A stretch of DNA of 64,000 nt, from the NCBI GenBank assembly GCA_951406725.2, contig OX597815.1, positions 41,788,001-41,852,000 of the forward strand. Direction: 5' to 3'. Below are positions 1 to 12,608 of this stretch, in pieces. The notes under the pieces are model-generated. The model worked only from the letters and a program-made list of their open reading frames with translations. It was not told the DNA's origin and did no database searches. The DNA comes from Octopus vulgaris (taxonomy: Eukaryota). The translations under genes were made by a program, and so were the position numbers. Each line of letters begins with the position of its first letter. Position 1 is the first letter of the stretch.

Positions 1-187
1 ATCGGTTGTCAAGTGATGTTGGGGGGACAAACACAGACAGTTTCCGTCTACCAAATCCACTCACAAGGCTTTGGTCGGCCCGAGGCTATAGTAGAAGACA
101 CTTTCCCAAGTTCCCACACAGTGGGAATGAACCCAGAACCATGTGGTTGGTAAGCAAGCTACTTACCACACAGCCACTCCTATGCCT
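1..187 (-). mobile_element. SINE family A (tRNA head + CORE-like domain), partial copy
   Basis: Reverse complement starts aggcataggagtggctgtgtggtaagtagcttgct...gggttcattcccact (A/B box-like); same sequence as the many other family A copies. Confidence 0.85.
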
Positions 188-349
188 ATTTTTTTTTGTA
201 TTGTGTCATCTCCAGTCATGTCAATGGATAGCTAACCATATTTCCCATGTGAAAGAAAACTTTTGCAAATTAAGCTGCCAAGACATCACTGCTATGTGCA
301 TCTTTTGTGTTGGTAGTAAGATGAAGTTTTTTTTTTCTGTCATTTCCAA

Positions 350-1130
350 AATCAGGGTTCTTTGAGGCATGCTTTCAACACATCAACAAGCATACCTTTT
401 TGGAAGACTGGCAGTTTGTTTGAAATCATCAGAGCAAGACTGCAACTCCACCTATGATATTGGTGTTACTTCTGACTTATTCTAACATGATCAAAAGCTT
501 CAAATAGAAGTTTGTGGGACATTGTGCACTCATTTCATACTTTTAGCTTGGCCTGCTCCAGAATCTTTGCTTCTCTAGATCCTTTGCCAATGCTGCACAC
601 AGGATAGACATTATGTATAAGGTTAAGTGGTTGTTTAAAAGTAGAATAAACAGTCTCATCTGTGAGCCAAACTACAGCATTTCCAGATGAAATCACTACA
701 ATAGCAATCTACTGAAGTGAACAAACTTTTTACCAAAATTAGGTTGGTCAAAAAAGTTTTGCTTGAGCCATTACAAGCATCAAAGAAAGTTTTTCCTTTT
801 GAGTCAGATGTCACCACTAGTTTGATCTGTGTATAAGCATTCTTTTATCCAGAACCAGCAGTGATTAATTTTGATAGCCATACTGTTCAGGTTCTTGGAT
901 GTCATAGCTGGTTGCCTGAAGAATCTCTCATCTGAAAACTGCAGCTGGAAGTCATACTGGAGCTGCCAGTCCTTACTGTTCAAGATATTTACCAGCCAAG
1001 GACTGTAAGTGTTTCCAATTAAGCTCAGCACATTACTATTGTAATGCTTGATGCTGTTAGTCTTCTGTCACACTATCCTGATGATAAAGACAAAGTCCCA
1101 GAGGGTTCCAGGCACAGAAAATAAATAGCA
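350..1130 (-). pseudogene. Degenerate hAT (Charlie/Buster-like) transposase fossil
   Basis: Minus-strand fragments in the expected order: YDFQLQFSDE (cf. F.LQLDES), ECLYTDQTSGDI (cf. L..TTG.DIF), LTDET (cf. CTDGA), AALAKDL (cf. EALA.K.L), EMSAQ..LL; many stops and frameshifts. Confidence 0.5.
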
Positions 1131-2227
1131 CAAAGGCACCCCTTCTTTTAGAGAGTACAAGACTGCAAGCATCTTTCAAGATACTTTTTCAATTTGCAAT
1201 ATCTCCCAAGAGGAATCTTCTCTGGCAAACTTCATGGAGTCTTGTACAGACATATCAAGTAACTTGAATGAAGTCAGACTATGAACATTGTGCACAAGCT
1301 GTTTGAGATTAAATATGATACTAAAATTCCTCCTTTAAAAAGATCATATCTTTGAAAAGTTGGTACATGGTTGCAAATACCATAGTAAATAATTTATTCT
1401 TTCATTGTTTCACATTTAAATTTGATCACACTTTTAAAATATTCTGGTATTCTGCTCTATGAAGTGAGCTGTTGATTTTATATATTTTAAATATATTCAA
1501 CCACTGTTAAAATTAAATCCAATTTATAGAGCAAATAAACCTGAATATTTTAGAATAATAAACAAATTTCAATGTGAAATAATTATTTAAATTGTTATTC
1601 TATCTTTGGTGGTATTTGAAATCATGCACTAACATTTCGATATGACATTTAAATGTGGAAATTTTAGAATGACAGCACTGCAAATGCATTATACTGTAAA
1701 TACAAACATAAATACACACACACACACACATAAATACAAACAAACAAACATCAGTTAATGTCTATGTTCAATGCTAGAATGAGTTGAACATACATATATG
1801 AAACATTTCATAATATGCTGTAGTGAATAACTTTGTTTTATTAGACACTAAAGAAAGGACAATAATACTACAGAATTTCAAGGAAATCAACGTCTGGTAT
1901 TTTTATAAGATAAACTATTAATATAACAACAGGAAGAACAACTGCAAAAATAGAATTTTGAAATATAATAAAAACAATAACTATAAAAGATAATGACATA
2001 CAACAATTGATTAAAAAATGTATCATGTCTAATTATAGAGAAGCAATGTCTGTAGTCTTTCCTGCTTGTTTGTTTATGGATATTGCAGACAGTAATTAGT
2101 AATTATTTTATATATTTCCGGTACCTCTTGAAATTAATAAATGGAGAAGCTGCCAAATTGTGAAAATATATGAGAAATTAGTTAAAGTGAATATCAGTGC
2201 CCAAATAGTTAGAATTAATAACACCCC

Positions 2228-2260
<33 letters not shown>

Positions 2261-2434
2261 ACAGACACAAAGTAAATTGTTTCATGAATCTCAGTACCTA
2301 ATACAGCTTAGTACCAAGTTTCTGTAACATTAAATGAATGAGGAGCTTTAGAAGAAAATAAGTTTGTTTATTGACTGACACTCGGCTCGTACAGCATTAC
2401 AATTGGATACTGAAACAGATTCTCAACCATTCAA

Positions 2435-2905
2435 ATCATCATTATCATCATCGTTTAATGTTCGCTTTCCATGCTAGCATGGGTTGGACGATTTGACTGA
2501 GGACTGGCGAACCAGATGGCTGCACCAGGCTCCAGTCTGATCTGGCAGAGTTTCTACAGCTGGATGCCCTTCCTAACGCCAACCACTCCAAGAGTGTAGT
2601 GGGTGTTTTTAAATGCCACCAACACAAGGGCCAGTCAGGCAGTACTGGCAACGGCCATACTCAAGTGGTGTTTTTTATGTGCCACCTGCACAAGAACCAG
2701 TCCAGCGGCACTAGCAACCACCTCGCTGAAATGTTTTTCACGTGCCGCTGGCACCAGTGCTAGTAAGGCGACGCTGGTAACAATCATATTTGAATGGTGC
2801 TTTTTACATGCCACTGGCATGGAAGCCAGACGGCTGCTCTGACAGCAATCATGCACAGATGTTGTTCTTAGCACTCCACTGGCATAGGTGCCAGTCATCG
2901 AATTT
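2435..2905 (-). mobile_element. RTE LINE 3'UTR, 5'-truncated, (GAT)n tail
   Basis: (CAT)n on + strand, then ccatgctagcatgg and gctggatgcccttcctaacgccaaccac, then tandem ggtgctttttatgtgcca units; same family is joined to an RTE ORF end at 9965-10600. Confidence 0.8.
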
Positions 2906-2929
2906 GCAAATGTGAATATGATTTTATTG

Positions 2930-3150
2930 AAATTTTATGAAGATCTTCAGTAAAGTTAATCACAAACTACATGATCTTAGTACAACTGGTAAATTAGGGA
3001 AGTGGTTGCATGATTTTTGTAACAGGAGAAGTCAGACAGTTGCAGCTAATGAGTTTCCACACAGGAAACTTATTCTGAGTGTAGTCACTCAGAGAACTGT
3101 CTTGGTGCTATTACTGCTTGTAGTGGTTCTTTTTAGACATACCTTCATTT
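2930..3150 (+). pseudogene. CR1/L2-type reverse transcriptase fragment
   Basis: KIFSKVNH.KL...GKLGKWLHDF..RSQTV..N....SVVTQRTVL.LLL resembles KAFD.V.H...G..L.W..FL..R.Q.V...SGVPQGSVLGPLLF. Confidence 0.7.
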
Positions 3151-3226
3151 AAACAGATAACCATTCTCACTAGCTGTTGCAAATAGCTTTCAGTTCTAGT
3201 AACTATTCTTAATATTTCAGTCAATG

Positions 3227-3425
3227 AAGGTGGCAAGCTGGCAGAATTGTTAGGATGCTTAGAAAAATGTTTAGTGGCATTTCACCCATCTTTATGTTCG
3301 GAGTTCAAATTCTGCTGAGGTTAACTTTGCTTTTCATCCTTTTGGAGTTGAGCACTGGGGTTGATGTCACTGACTTAGATCCTTCCCCAAAATTGCTGGT
3401 CTCATGCCAAAATTTGAAATCAATA
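3227..3425 (+). mobile_element. SINE family B (ggcggcgagctggcagaa head)
   Basis: aaggtggcaagctggcagaa...gagttcaaattc...tttcatccttt...gccaaaatttgaaa. Confidence 0.75.
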
Positions 3426-3674
3426 TTTCAGTCAATAACTGCAAAATAAAGTTATCTTGCTCAGAGAAACAACAAGAATTCTACTGTTGATTTGAACACC
3501 CAAAGCATATGGAGATAGCACTGTAGCATATATATTTGGTCACAAAATAAGTTGTTTATAAAAGATTTCAAATATCAGCCACAAGCTTGCTTGTTGCTCA
3601 TAACAGCTCATCAAAGGTGATGACAGTGTTGATCCAAGTCGTTCATCCTCCTCTACCTCCAGCATATTGTTTCT

Positions 3675-3919
3675 TTTTTTCTTTCTTTTTTCTTTATTGC
3701 CCACAAGGAGCTAAACACAGAGGGGACAATCAAGGACAGACAAACGGATTAAGTCGATTATATCGACCCCAGTGCGTAACTGGTACTTATTTAATTGACC
3801 CTGAAAGGATGAAAGGCAAAGTCGACCTTGGCGGAATTTGAACTCAGAACGTAAAGACAGCTGAAATACTGCTAAGCATTTTGCACAGCGTGCTAATGTT
3901 TCTGCCAGCTCACTGCCTT
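3675..3919 (-). mobile_element. SINE family B, full length, 19-bp TSD
   Basis: Flanked by cctccagcatattgtttct at 3656-3674 and 3920-3938; family B head and central motif on the minus strand. Confidence 0.9.
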
Positions 3920-4089
3920 CCTCCAGCATATTGTTTCTAATGAGAGCAGATGTGGCTGACAAGAGCAATACAAGAGATGCAGATCCTGTGGCACTGAGGA
4001 CACTGAAACAACAGCTACAGAGAGAGGGTTAATGACAGTGTCTCCTCCTCTCTTCTTGACGTCTCTTGCATTGGGTTTCAAAGCACTTT

Positions 4090-4330
4090 ACTCTAGCATC
4101 ACATATGGACTTCCATGCCTTCTAATTAACAGCCAGGAGCTCCAGCTAAGTGGGAGGGATATTGTATAAAATGAGAGATCACTTGAGATGATCATGGAAA
4201 CGAAATTTTGGACATCCATGAGACCTACTTCCAGTCTTGATTTCCTTGAAGAGGACCATCTTTGGGAGCCAGTTATCTGGCATCCAAATCATATGGCCAA
4301 CCTAGCCATAAGGCCTCAAATGTAGGAGAA
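4090..4330 (-). pseudogene. RTE (BovB-like) LINE ORF C-terminal fragment
   Basis: Minus strand reads GH.I.MPDNWLPKMVLFKEIKTGSRSHGCPKFRFHDHLK, matching the RTE C-terminal GH..RM...LPK.LF.E...G.R..G.P..R..D motif. Confidence 0.7.
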
Positions 4331-5130
4331 AAATGAGAAAGCCATTCTGATATGGTCATCACACTGATTTAGCTTTTACCTTTTACTAGTTTTGTCATCA
4401 GACTGTAACCATGCTGGATCCCTGTTTTGAAGGTACTTATCTTTTAACTTTTGTACTTATTCTAAGTTATGGGGACATAAACAAACCAACACCAATAGTC
4501 AAGCAATGGGACAAACACATACACATATGTATACATACACACACACTGCAACCATGATGGATCACTGTCTTGAAAGGATTAATCAAATAAATTGACTGAT
4601 ACTTATTTTTAAAGTTTTGTACTTATTCTAAGTTATGGGGACATAACCAACCCAACACCAATTGTCAAACAGTGGCAGAGGGACAAGCACAAACACACAC
4701 ACACACACACACACAATGAGCTTCCTCATAGCATCTAGTTTTGTCAACTACATTCACTCACAAGGAATTGGTTGACCTGGGACTATAGTACAAGACTCTC
4801 GCCTAAGGTGCTGCACAGTGGGACTGATCCTGAAATCACATGGTTATGGTAAACTGAAATTAAATGTCAAAAGGATCTTTGTATAAAAACATAATAAGCA
4901 GCCTTTTTAACCTGATTACCAAAATTTCAAAGAGCCTATGAAGGAGAACCACTAAAATAACAGCCAAACTTGTCAATACACAAATCAGAAAAAAAGACTG
5001 ATAGTTATTTTATTGTTTACTGTGACTACACCATAAATATGAACCTCTATTAATTCTAAATAGTATTTTCAAAAGCCAAATCACAAAACCTTAATAATTC
5101 TTATAACATCCAAGTAAGTCTATATGTGCC

Positions 5131-5370
5131 ATCATCATTTTGACTTACACTTTTCCATGCTTGCATGGGTCACATGAAATTTTACTGAGGCAGATTTTCT
5201 ATGGCTGGATGCCCTTCCTATTACCAACTCTCACCTGTTTCCAAGTAAGGTAATGCTTCCCCATGACCAGATATGTTTTCACAGAATAATGGAAATAAAA
5301 GGGACCACTACTATTTTGGTGACACTCATTTACAACTATCACATGATGCCAAAGCAAAGGGACAGTAACA
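5131..5370 (-). mobile_element. Older (GAT)n-tailed RTE-type 3' end variant
   Basis: catcatcat...ttttccatgcttgcatggg...ggctggatgcccttcct...cacctgtttccaagtaaggtaat; related copies near 5910-6060, 31290-31510, 39560-39710, 47940-48125 and 62500-62680. Confidence 0.6.
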
Positions 5371-6654
5371 CACACACACACATACTTTTTATTAAATCTG
5401 AAAAATATCTTCACAACCTGTTACTCAGTTTCATTATACCATTCATCAGACAGCTGTGATGATATATGATCACAACTATCTGAAAAACAGTAATGTGAAA
5501 CTTTAAGTAACAGTTTGTGAAGATTTTTTCAGCTTTAATAAAAAGCATATTACAATCAAATCAATCAATAGATAGATAGATAGATATATTTGTTGGGCTT
5601 CTTTCAGTGTCTGTCTACCAAAATCTACTCACAAAGCTTTGGTCAGCCTGGGACTACTGCAGAAGACACTTACCCAAGGTAAATTTAAAATTAATTAAAT
5701 TTAATTTCCACACTTTTCAGCAAACTACGTTTGAATATATGATATAAACCCCTTATTATAATTGTGGATAATGTTAACTGGTTATGAAAACTAGTAGATC
5801 CCAAAGTCTTTTTGTTGGTTATTTGTTATTTATTAAAAGGCTTGATCACAAAGTGGTAACAGTCAGCAACTTTTGCTGGTCTTTAATATGAAAGGTGGAT
5901 GTCTATTGGGACATCATCATTTAGTATCCACTTTTCCATGCTTGTAAGGGTCTCATGGAGTTTGTTGAAATAGATTTTGTATGGCCAGATGCCTGTCCTG
6001 TCACAAACACTTAACTGTTTCCAAGCAAAATTATATTTCTCTTATAAGCAAATTGGTTTTTCACACTATCTTAGAAATAAATAAGATAAAAAAAAAACTG
6101 ACTCATTGGTTGGTGTAATCCACAATACATTGTGTCTCAAAATATGTCAGGATGGTCACAGTTGGAATACCTTTGACAATAAGTGTGTTCTATTGAGCTC
6201 ACTGGAGGTTAAATAAACAATAATAACCACAATGAACCAAAATATGATTCTAAAACTACAAAAACATAAGATGAGTATATCATTTTCTGGTAAACAATTT
6301 TTCTTCTGTTTTGGGATGGTCGTTTATTTTTTCTTGCCAAATAAACACATGCACTATATATTCATTCTTCACTCTGAACAGGAGGAGACACATTGGATAG
6401 AAGAGTCACTGAGGATGTCACAGGTGCGTGAGAATGGACATAAGATAAAATAAGAACAATAATAAATGAGTGAAGAACAAATATATAGTGTGTATGTTTA
6501 TTTGGTAAGAAATATCATAATGAATGACCATCCTGAAACATAACAATATCTGTTTCAACACATGATTTCACATCAGCTATCTTGCAAAACAAATTCATAA
6601 CCATAATTTTTTTTTTTCTTCCTTCAATTAAAAATAGATTAGAATATTTAATAC

Positions 6655-6763
6655 CTTCTGCGTTTTTTGTTGGAGACTTCATTTGCAAGAATTCCTCCTT
6701 GTCACTGGAACATACACTAGCCATAACGACCCTGCAGTTGTGTTTATCAAGGTAGCACTTTAC
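6655..6763 (-). CDS. Candidate host-gene exon (109 nt), possibly the first coding exon; product unknown
   Basis: Long poly-T tract ending caccag| acceptor and gaag|gtatta donor; only one open frame, VKCYLDKHNCRVVMASVCSSDKEEFLQMKSPTKNAE(G); ATG at 6724-6722 in gttATGg Kozak-like context; non-repetitive sequence. Confidence 0.6.
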
Positions 6764-6854
6764 CTGGTGAAAAAAAAACAAAAACAATATTTATAAATAA
6801 TTGAATATTAAACAAGACAAGTAAAGAAAGATAATTTTATTGGAAAAGATTATC

Positions 6855-7055
6855 AGATCACAGCAAATTCAGATTAACTTTTTCACAACATACAAGTTGA
6901 AATTTTCAGTCCAAAATTTACAACCATAAAAAGGTAGGTTAACTATACACCAAGACAACTTTGGAGCACCAAAAGCTCTATGTGAAATACAGCAAGATTT
7001 AAAAAGATAGTGATGGTGTTTGAATGTTTACACTTGTATGCCAGAAAATATGGTA
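6855..7055. mobile_element. Degenerate DNA-transposon end (pogo/Tc2-like); second copy at ~44630-44805
   Basis: Shared agatcacagc...aactatacaccaagac...tttgaatgtttacact with 44630-44805; ends aaaatatggta, like the ...aaatacggta termini of such elements. Confidence 0.4.
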
Positions 7056-7269
7056 ATAGTTTAAGTACAGACATGGCTATGTGGTTAACAAATTCACATT
7101 GCTGCCTTATAAATTCCACTACATCTTGAGAGAATTGTTTTCTAATGTAACATTAGATTAACTAATACCTTAGGAATGAAGACCTTCCTCTGTGTGTGTG
7201 TGTGTGTGTGCATGCATATGCATGTGTGTCTGTGTGCTAGTGTAAAATTGGTGTCTCAAATTATATTAA

Positions 7270-7798
7270 ATCAAATTCAATGACTGGCATCCATGCTAGT
7301 TGGGTGCAAAGAGCACCATACGAGTGTGATCATTGACAGAGCGGCTAACCGACTTCCGTGCCAGTGGCACATGAAAGGCACCACTCAAGTGTGATCGTTA
7401 CCAGTGTCGCCTTACTGGCACTCGTGCCCATGCTAGTAGGGTGCTAAGAGCACCATCCGAGCGTGATTGTTGCCAGAGCGGCTAACCGGTGGCATGTAAA
7501 AGGCACCATTCGAGCATGATCGTTACCAACATCACCTTACTGGCACCTGTGCTGGTGGCATGTGTAAAAAGAATTGAGCGAGGTGGTTGCCAGTACCGCC
7601 TGACTGGCCCCCATGCTGGTGGCACGTAAAAAGCACCCACTACACTCTCGGAGTGGTTGGCATTAGGAAAGGCATCCAGCTGTAGAAACTCTGCCAGATC
7701 AAGATTGGAGCCTGGTGCAGCCATCTGGTTCGCCAGCCCTCAGTCAAAATCGTCCAATCCATGCTAGCATGGAAAGCGGACGTTAAACGATGATGATG
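7270..7798 (+). mobile_element. RTE LINE 3'UTR nested in a degenerate family A SINE
   Basis: Tandem ggcac(g/a)t(a/g)aaa..cacca units, then gtggttggcattaggaaaggcatccagc and ccatgctagcatgg...gttaaacgatgatgat tail; family A head at ~7070-7190 and tail at ~7800-7920. Confidence 0.8.
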
Positions 7799-8744
7799 AC
7801 ACTAAAAGATAACACAACCATACAATAAATTAAGCACCTGACTATATACTGGGTTAGATATCATTGGCTAAAAATCCCGTGAAGGCAGTCACCCGCCATG
7901 GCTGAAACCAGTAAAAGAATATTTTCTCTTATTTACTAATAAAATTATCACTGACTTTATCAACAACTAAGTCTCTCTTTCTAATAACTTTAACATCTTA
8001 CTAAATACAGCCTCCTTCTTGAAACACACAAATTTGATTCCATCCAATGGCGTGGAAAACAGGTCTTTTAAAGAAGTAAATATGATGAACTACAACTTTA
8101 TTATGATTGCATGGTGAAGAAGTTCACTTCACAACCATACGGATTCAGTTCAATCCCACTGCAAGATATTTTGAGAATATGTCTCTTCTACCATAATTCC
8201 AGATTGACCAATGCCTTGAGAATAAAATTTGGTAGCTGGAAACTGTGGAGCCCATCATATCATCATTATCATTTAATGTCCATTTTCTATGCTGGCATGA
8301 ATTAGACGGTTTAACCAGAGCTGGCAAGCAGGAGAGCTGCACCAGTTTCCAGTCTGATTTTACTTGAGTTCCATGACTGGATGCTCTTCCTAAAGCCAAT
8401 CACTTTACAGTGTGTACCGGGTGCTTTTTACATAGCAGTGTATGTATATGATGTGAATGTTGATGAAGAAAATTACCAAACAAAATTGGTATGTTGAGCA
8501 AAGAATACTTTGGTATATTAAGTTTGAGCTATACCCTTTCAAATGAAGATAGACTTATTTTATCAATCTTATACGGGATAAAATGGTTTATTACCACAAC
8601 AAATATTGAGTTCTTTATAATCAATTAAAAACTCTGAGTGCATCAGTGCGATTATAATTGAAAGTTTGGAACCAATATGTGAAAAAATATCTAATATAAC
8701 ATTGATTTATGTACAACATGACAACACATCAGGCAAAATATTAA

Positions 8745-9000
8745 GGCCAGATATAGTTGGTTTAAATGCTGAAGGGTTAAGATCCATCCAAGAACTACAT
8801 TTAAGAAATAATAAGTGCTTAGCACAATGTACAAACCAGCCACATCTGACTATTCACACCTACCCTACAATGTCATTCTAAAAAACAAACATCACATCAT
8901 TTAAATCTCAAAGTTACAAGGTAATGAATGATTAATTCAAAACAATGTGAATAAATAAAATATTATGTTTGACAGAATAATCTGAATGCTAAAGGGTTAA
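8745..9000. mobile_element. TTAA-ended (piggyBac-like) MITE family, fragments
   Basis: Ends aatgctgaagggttaa (8780) and aatctgaatgctaaagggttaa (9000); same family as 15991-16204 and 18751-18958. Confidence 0.6.
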
Positions 9001-9964
9001 ATTTAGTTCTTGACTGGATCATAAGGTACCATGGGCATGTGTTGAATCGTGCCATTTGTTAAAAGAAGATAGATGAGAGATAAATTTTCTGGATACAACA
9101 CCAGCCAATCATAGATATATTTTCCTCTGAACAGCAGACATTAATCCTCAAGTTAGGTAATGAGAGTTTTTATGTAGCCACTTGATCAGCTACCAACAGC
9201 AGTCAAATCTTCCTAAAATCGAATACTACCATCTTAAAAGACAATACAATGGATCATATATTCCTAGAAATACTGTCTACAGTAAAAAAGGGAATGGACA
9301 AAGCTGGAACATCTTTGACCATTGGGTCTGCTAGTTAAGAATTCACCTAATCTATGGTTTTCCTCAAAAAAAAAAAAAAAAAAGAGTCAAATGCAAGCAC
9401 AAGGATTTGAACACTGCAACACTTTAGCTGGTTGTATTATCAAGTGCACTGAATAGAACAATTAATTTCTCAATTTAGTAGCAAGAGATGGCAGTTAATT
9501 AGGCATCATACAGTTGTTGTTTAGCCTAAGCTCAGTCCTGACTGAACACCTGTGACTGAAATAGTAACTGAATTTCTCAAAATAAATTTACTGTCTAAAT
9601 AAAAGGTTATATTTAAGACTGCATAAAATGATGCAATATCTTATCTATGATGCTTTATCATAGTTTGTGATTGTTCTGATTAAAAATATCAAGATATAAG
9701 ATCAAGAGATTAAAAAAGAAAAAAGACAGAAAGATAATGGTTGAAAAACTGAGTTATTTTTAAAATAAAAACATTTTATGATATTAGTGTCAAGAAGGCT
9801 ATTTGAAAGTAGAACACTACCATCAAACAGGAACATTAAATTTGGACAGAAAGCAATAATCAATATAGTATTTCAATTATATAAATATACTTCTATCAGT
9901 AACTAGTGGAGTGTAGTTACAAATTGAAAAGGTGTGGCTGTTAAATAAAACACGTTTTATAGAT

Positions 9965-10600
9965 ATCATCATCATCATCGTTTAATATCTGTTTTCCATG
10001 CTAGCATGGGTTGGACAGTTTGACCGGGGTCTGGGAAGCCAGGAGGCTGCACCAGACTCCAGTCTGATCTGGCAGTGTTTCTACAGCTGGATGCCTTTCC
10101 TAATGCCAACCACTCTGTGAGTGTAGTGGATGCTTTTTACGTGCCACTAGCACAGGGCCAGAGGAGGCTGGCATAGGCCACGATCGGTTGGTGCTTTTTA
10201 CGTGCCACCGACATGGAAGCCAATCAAGGCAGCGCTGGCATCGGCCACATTTAGATGGTGCTTTTTACATGCCACCAGCACGGGTATCACAACTACAATT
10301 TCCATTTGATTTTTATTTTGATGTTGATGTACTTGACTCAATCTACGATCCAAGGTAAACACAGCAGGCTGTCCTGCAAGCCATGAACCCACTTCATTTG
10401 TCAGGTCTTTGCAGTCACAGCATATCTCCAGAGGTCTTGGTCTTTCTTCATTGCCACTGTGAGGCCCAACATTCGAAGGTCATGCTTGACCACCTCATCC
10501 CATGTCTTCCTGGGTCTACCTCTACCCCGGATTCCTTCAACAGTTTGGGAGTGGCACTTCTTCACACATCTCTCCTCATCTATCCATAGTACATGACCAG
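9965..10600 (-). mobile_element. RTE LINE 3' end: ORF C-terminus + 3'UTR + (GAT)n tail
   Basis: ORF 10401-10604 GHVLWIDEERCVKKC...VEGIRGRGRPRKTWDEVVKHDL...DQDLWR is a typical RTE C-terminus; it runs directly into the tandem-unit 3'UTR and tail. Confidence 0.88.
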
Positions 10601-10700
10601 ACACACAAATATTTGATCATGAACATGAAAAACATACTCAAGTGTAACACAATAAAATATCCTTGAATATGTTATTATTTATATTATATGTTATTAAATA

Positions 10701-10917
10701 CAAGGGTGTGTTGAAAAGTTCCTAGCTTTAAGGGTATTGTAAAAAGCCTGGTTGGTGTCCCAACTTTCTGAGTCCTTTTACAGAGCTTAGAAAAACTGAA
10801 AGACTGTTGTAATAAGTGTGTGAATCTGAGAATGGAATCTGTTGAATAAAATCATAATTAACGATCCTCTTGTATTTTCTTTTATCCAAAAGCCAGGAAC
10901 TTTTCAGCATACCCTCA
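10701..10917 (+). mobile_element. Mariner-derived MITE, TA TSD
   Basis: TA|caagggtgtgttgaaaagttcctagcttt ... aaagccaggaacttttcagcataccctca|TA; interior keeps a mariner C-terminal remnant (NKCVNLR...VE*); second copy at 18387-18600. Confidence 0.8.
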
Positions 10918-11519
10918 TAAATGAAATAGCTTAGTATTTCAAAATTTTTTCATTCAAAATTCTTCACATATATATGTGCAAGGACATAACTATATGGTTA
11001 AGAAGTTAGCTTTGCACTCACTTTGAATCTAGATTTGATTTCCTGATGCAGTACCTTAAGGAGATGTCTTTTGCTGTAGCCTTGAATTGATTTATGAATA
11101 GAATTATGGTAGCTTAGAGATAAGTGTGCAGAAATCCATTAAGTGTGTGTGTGAGTGAGCACACACACTTATACCTCTTTATCACTATCTTCACTTCTTT
11201 TCCCAACTAAGGCAGCCACATATCTTCTCTATTGCAAGACACCTGTTTTTGTCTCCTCTATCATATCCTAACCTCTCATCACCTAGCATAAAGCTACCTC
11301 CCTTAATACTACAACTCCTCAGATGTGGGGATCTTGTCTTGTGAATTACTTGTTGAGCTCACTTGTGCTGGTACCACATAAACCAATACATTTTGTGAAG
11401 TGGTTGGCATTAAGAAGGGCATCCATCCAATGTAGACAATAGAGCTTTGTGCAATCTTCTGACTCATTGGCTCCTGTCAAATCAGTTAACACATATCAGC
11501 ATAGAAAAATAGATGTTAA

Positions 11520-11741
11520 CCCTTTTGTTACTAACCCGGCTGAAGCCGGCTCTGGCTCTGTTGCACAAATGTCTTGTTTTCATAAGTTTTGAATTAAAAT
11601 TTTCCACCAAACCTTAGTCACAATTTATGTTCCTAACACTAGCTGAATGATAACTAAGTTATTTTACTAAAGTTTTAGTTATATTTAAAATTAATTGAAA
11701 GAAACACAAAGCATCACAAAATACATACGGTAACGAAACGG
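11520..11741. mobile_element. piggyBac-type MITE with TTAA TSD inserted in an RTE tail
   Basis: gatgTTAA|cccttttgttac ... gtaacgaaacgg|TTAAacgatgatgat; removing it restores the gttaaacgatgatg tail. Confidence 0.85.
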
Positions 11742-12608
11742 TTAAACGATGATGATGAGGAGGAGGAGGATAATATTTGTTTATAGCTGTGTAAAATGGT
11801 GTGCTGAGTTATCTTTTTACACCAAAAGGTAACCTAGCCATTTTACAGAGAGTGATCAAATAAGTACCACACTGAAATAAGTACTGAATATACTCTTGAA
11901 ATTAATCATCCAGCAAGACTGCAGTTCAATAAAAGGAACCGATAAAAGAATGCACTCTGGGAGGTATTTGTTTTGGCTTATCTCCTATAAGTGTCATGTT
12001 GTTTAAGCATATTTTGTATTATGTATATATTCATAAATAAAATACATATGAAGAAAAAAAAAGAAAATCAAACAATAATAAATGTAATGATAATGATCAT
12101 CATCATTATATACATTTGTGTGTGTGTGTGTGTGTGTGAACAAGCAGGAAATAATTATATATGAATGACCTCTAAAATTCTGTCATGTTAAATATAGAAG
12201 AACAATTCTAATTAACAGACAAGGAAACAGGATGTTTACAATAACAAAACAATAAACATTAAACATTATAGAAGTTTCAAAGTACAAGTTGTGGTCTGTG
12301 AAGGGCATTAATAGAAACTATCAAGCTATGTGATTATTGAGTGTTAAATTAAATGGAAAGGAGATGTAAGGGATGACACGACAAAATTTCAATGTCATGT
12401 GTAATTAATTGTGACTAAAGAGTTAAGATTGAAGAATGAGAAATGTCCTCACACAAGAGGTGAAACAAGAGAAATAGCTCCCTTTAGTTCCAAAGCAAAA
12501 CAAAACTTCTTGTTAATAAGTTAATGAATACGATCTCATTTGTTAATGAATTATATCTAAGTTCATTGATTAGATATCTTATATCCTCACACATTAGAGG
12601 GCTACAGA

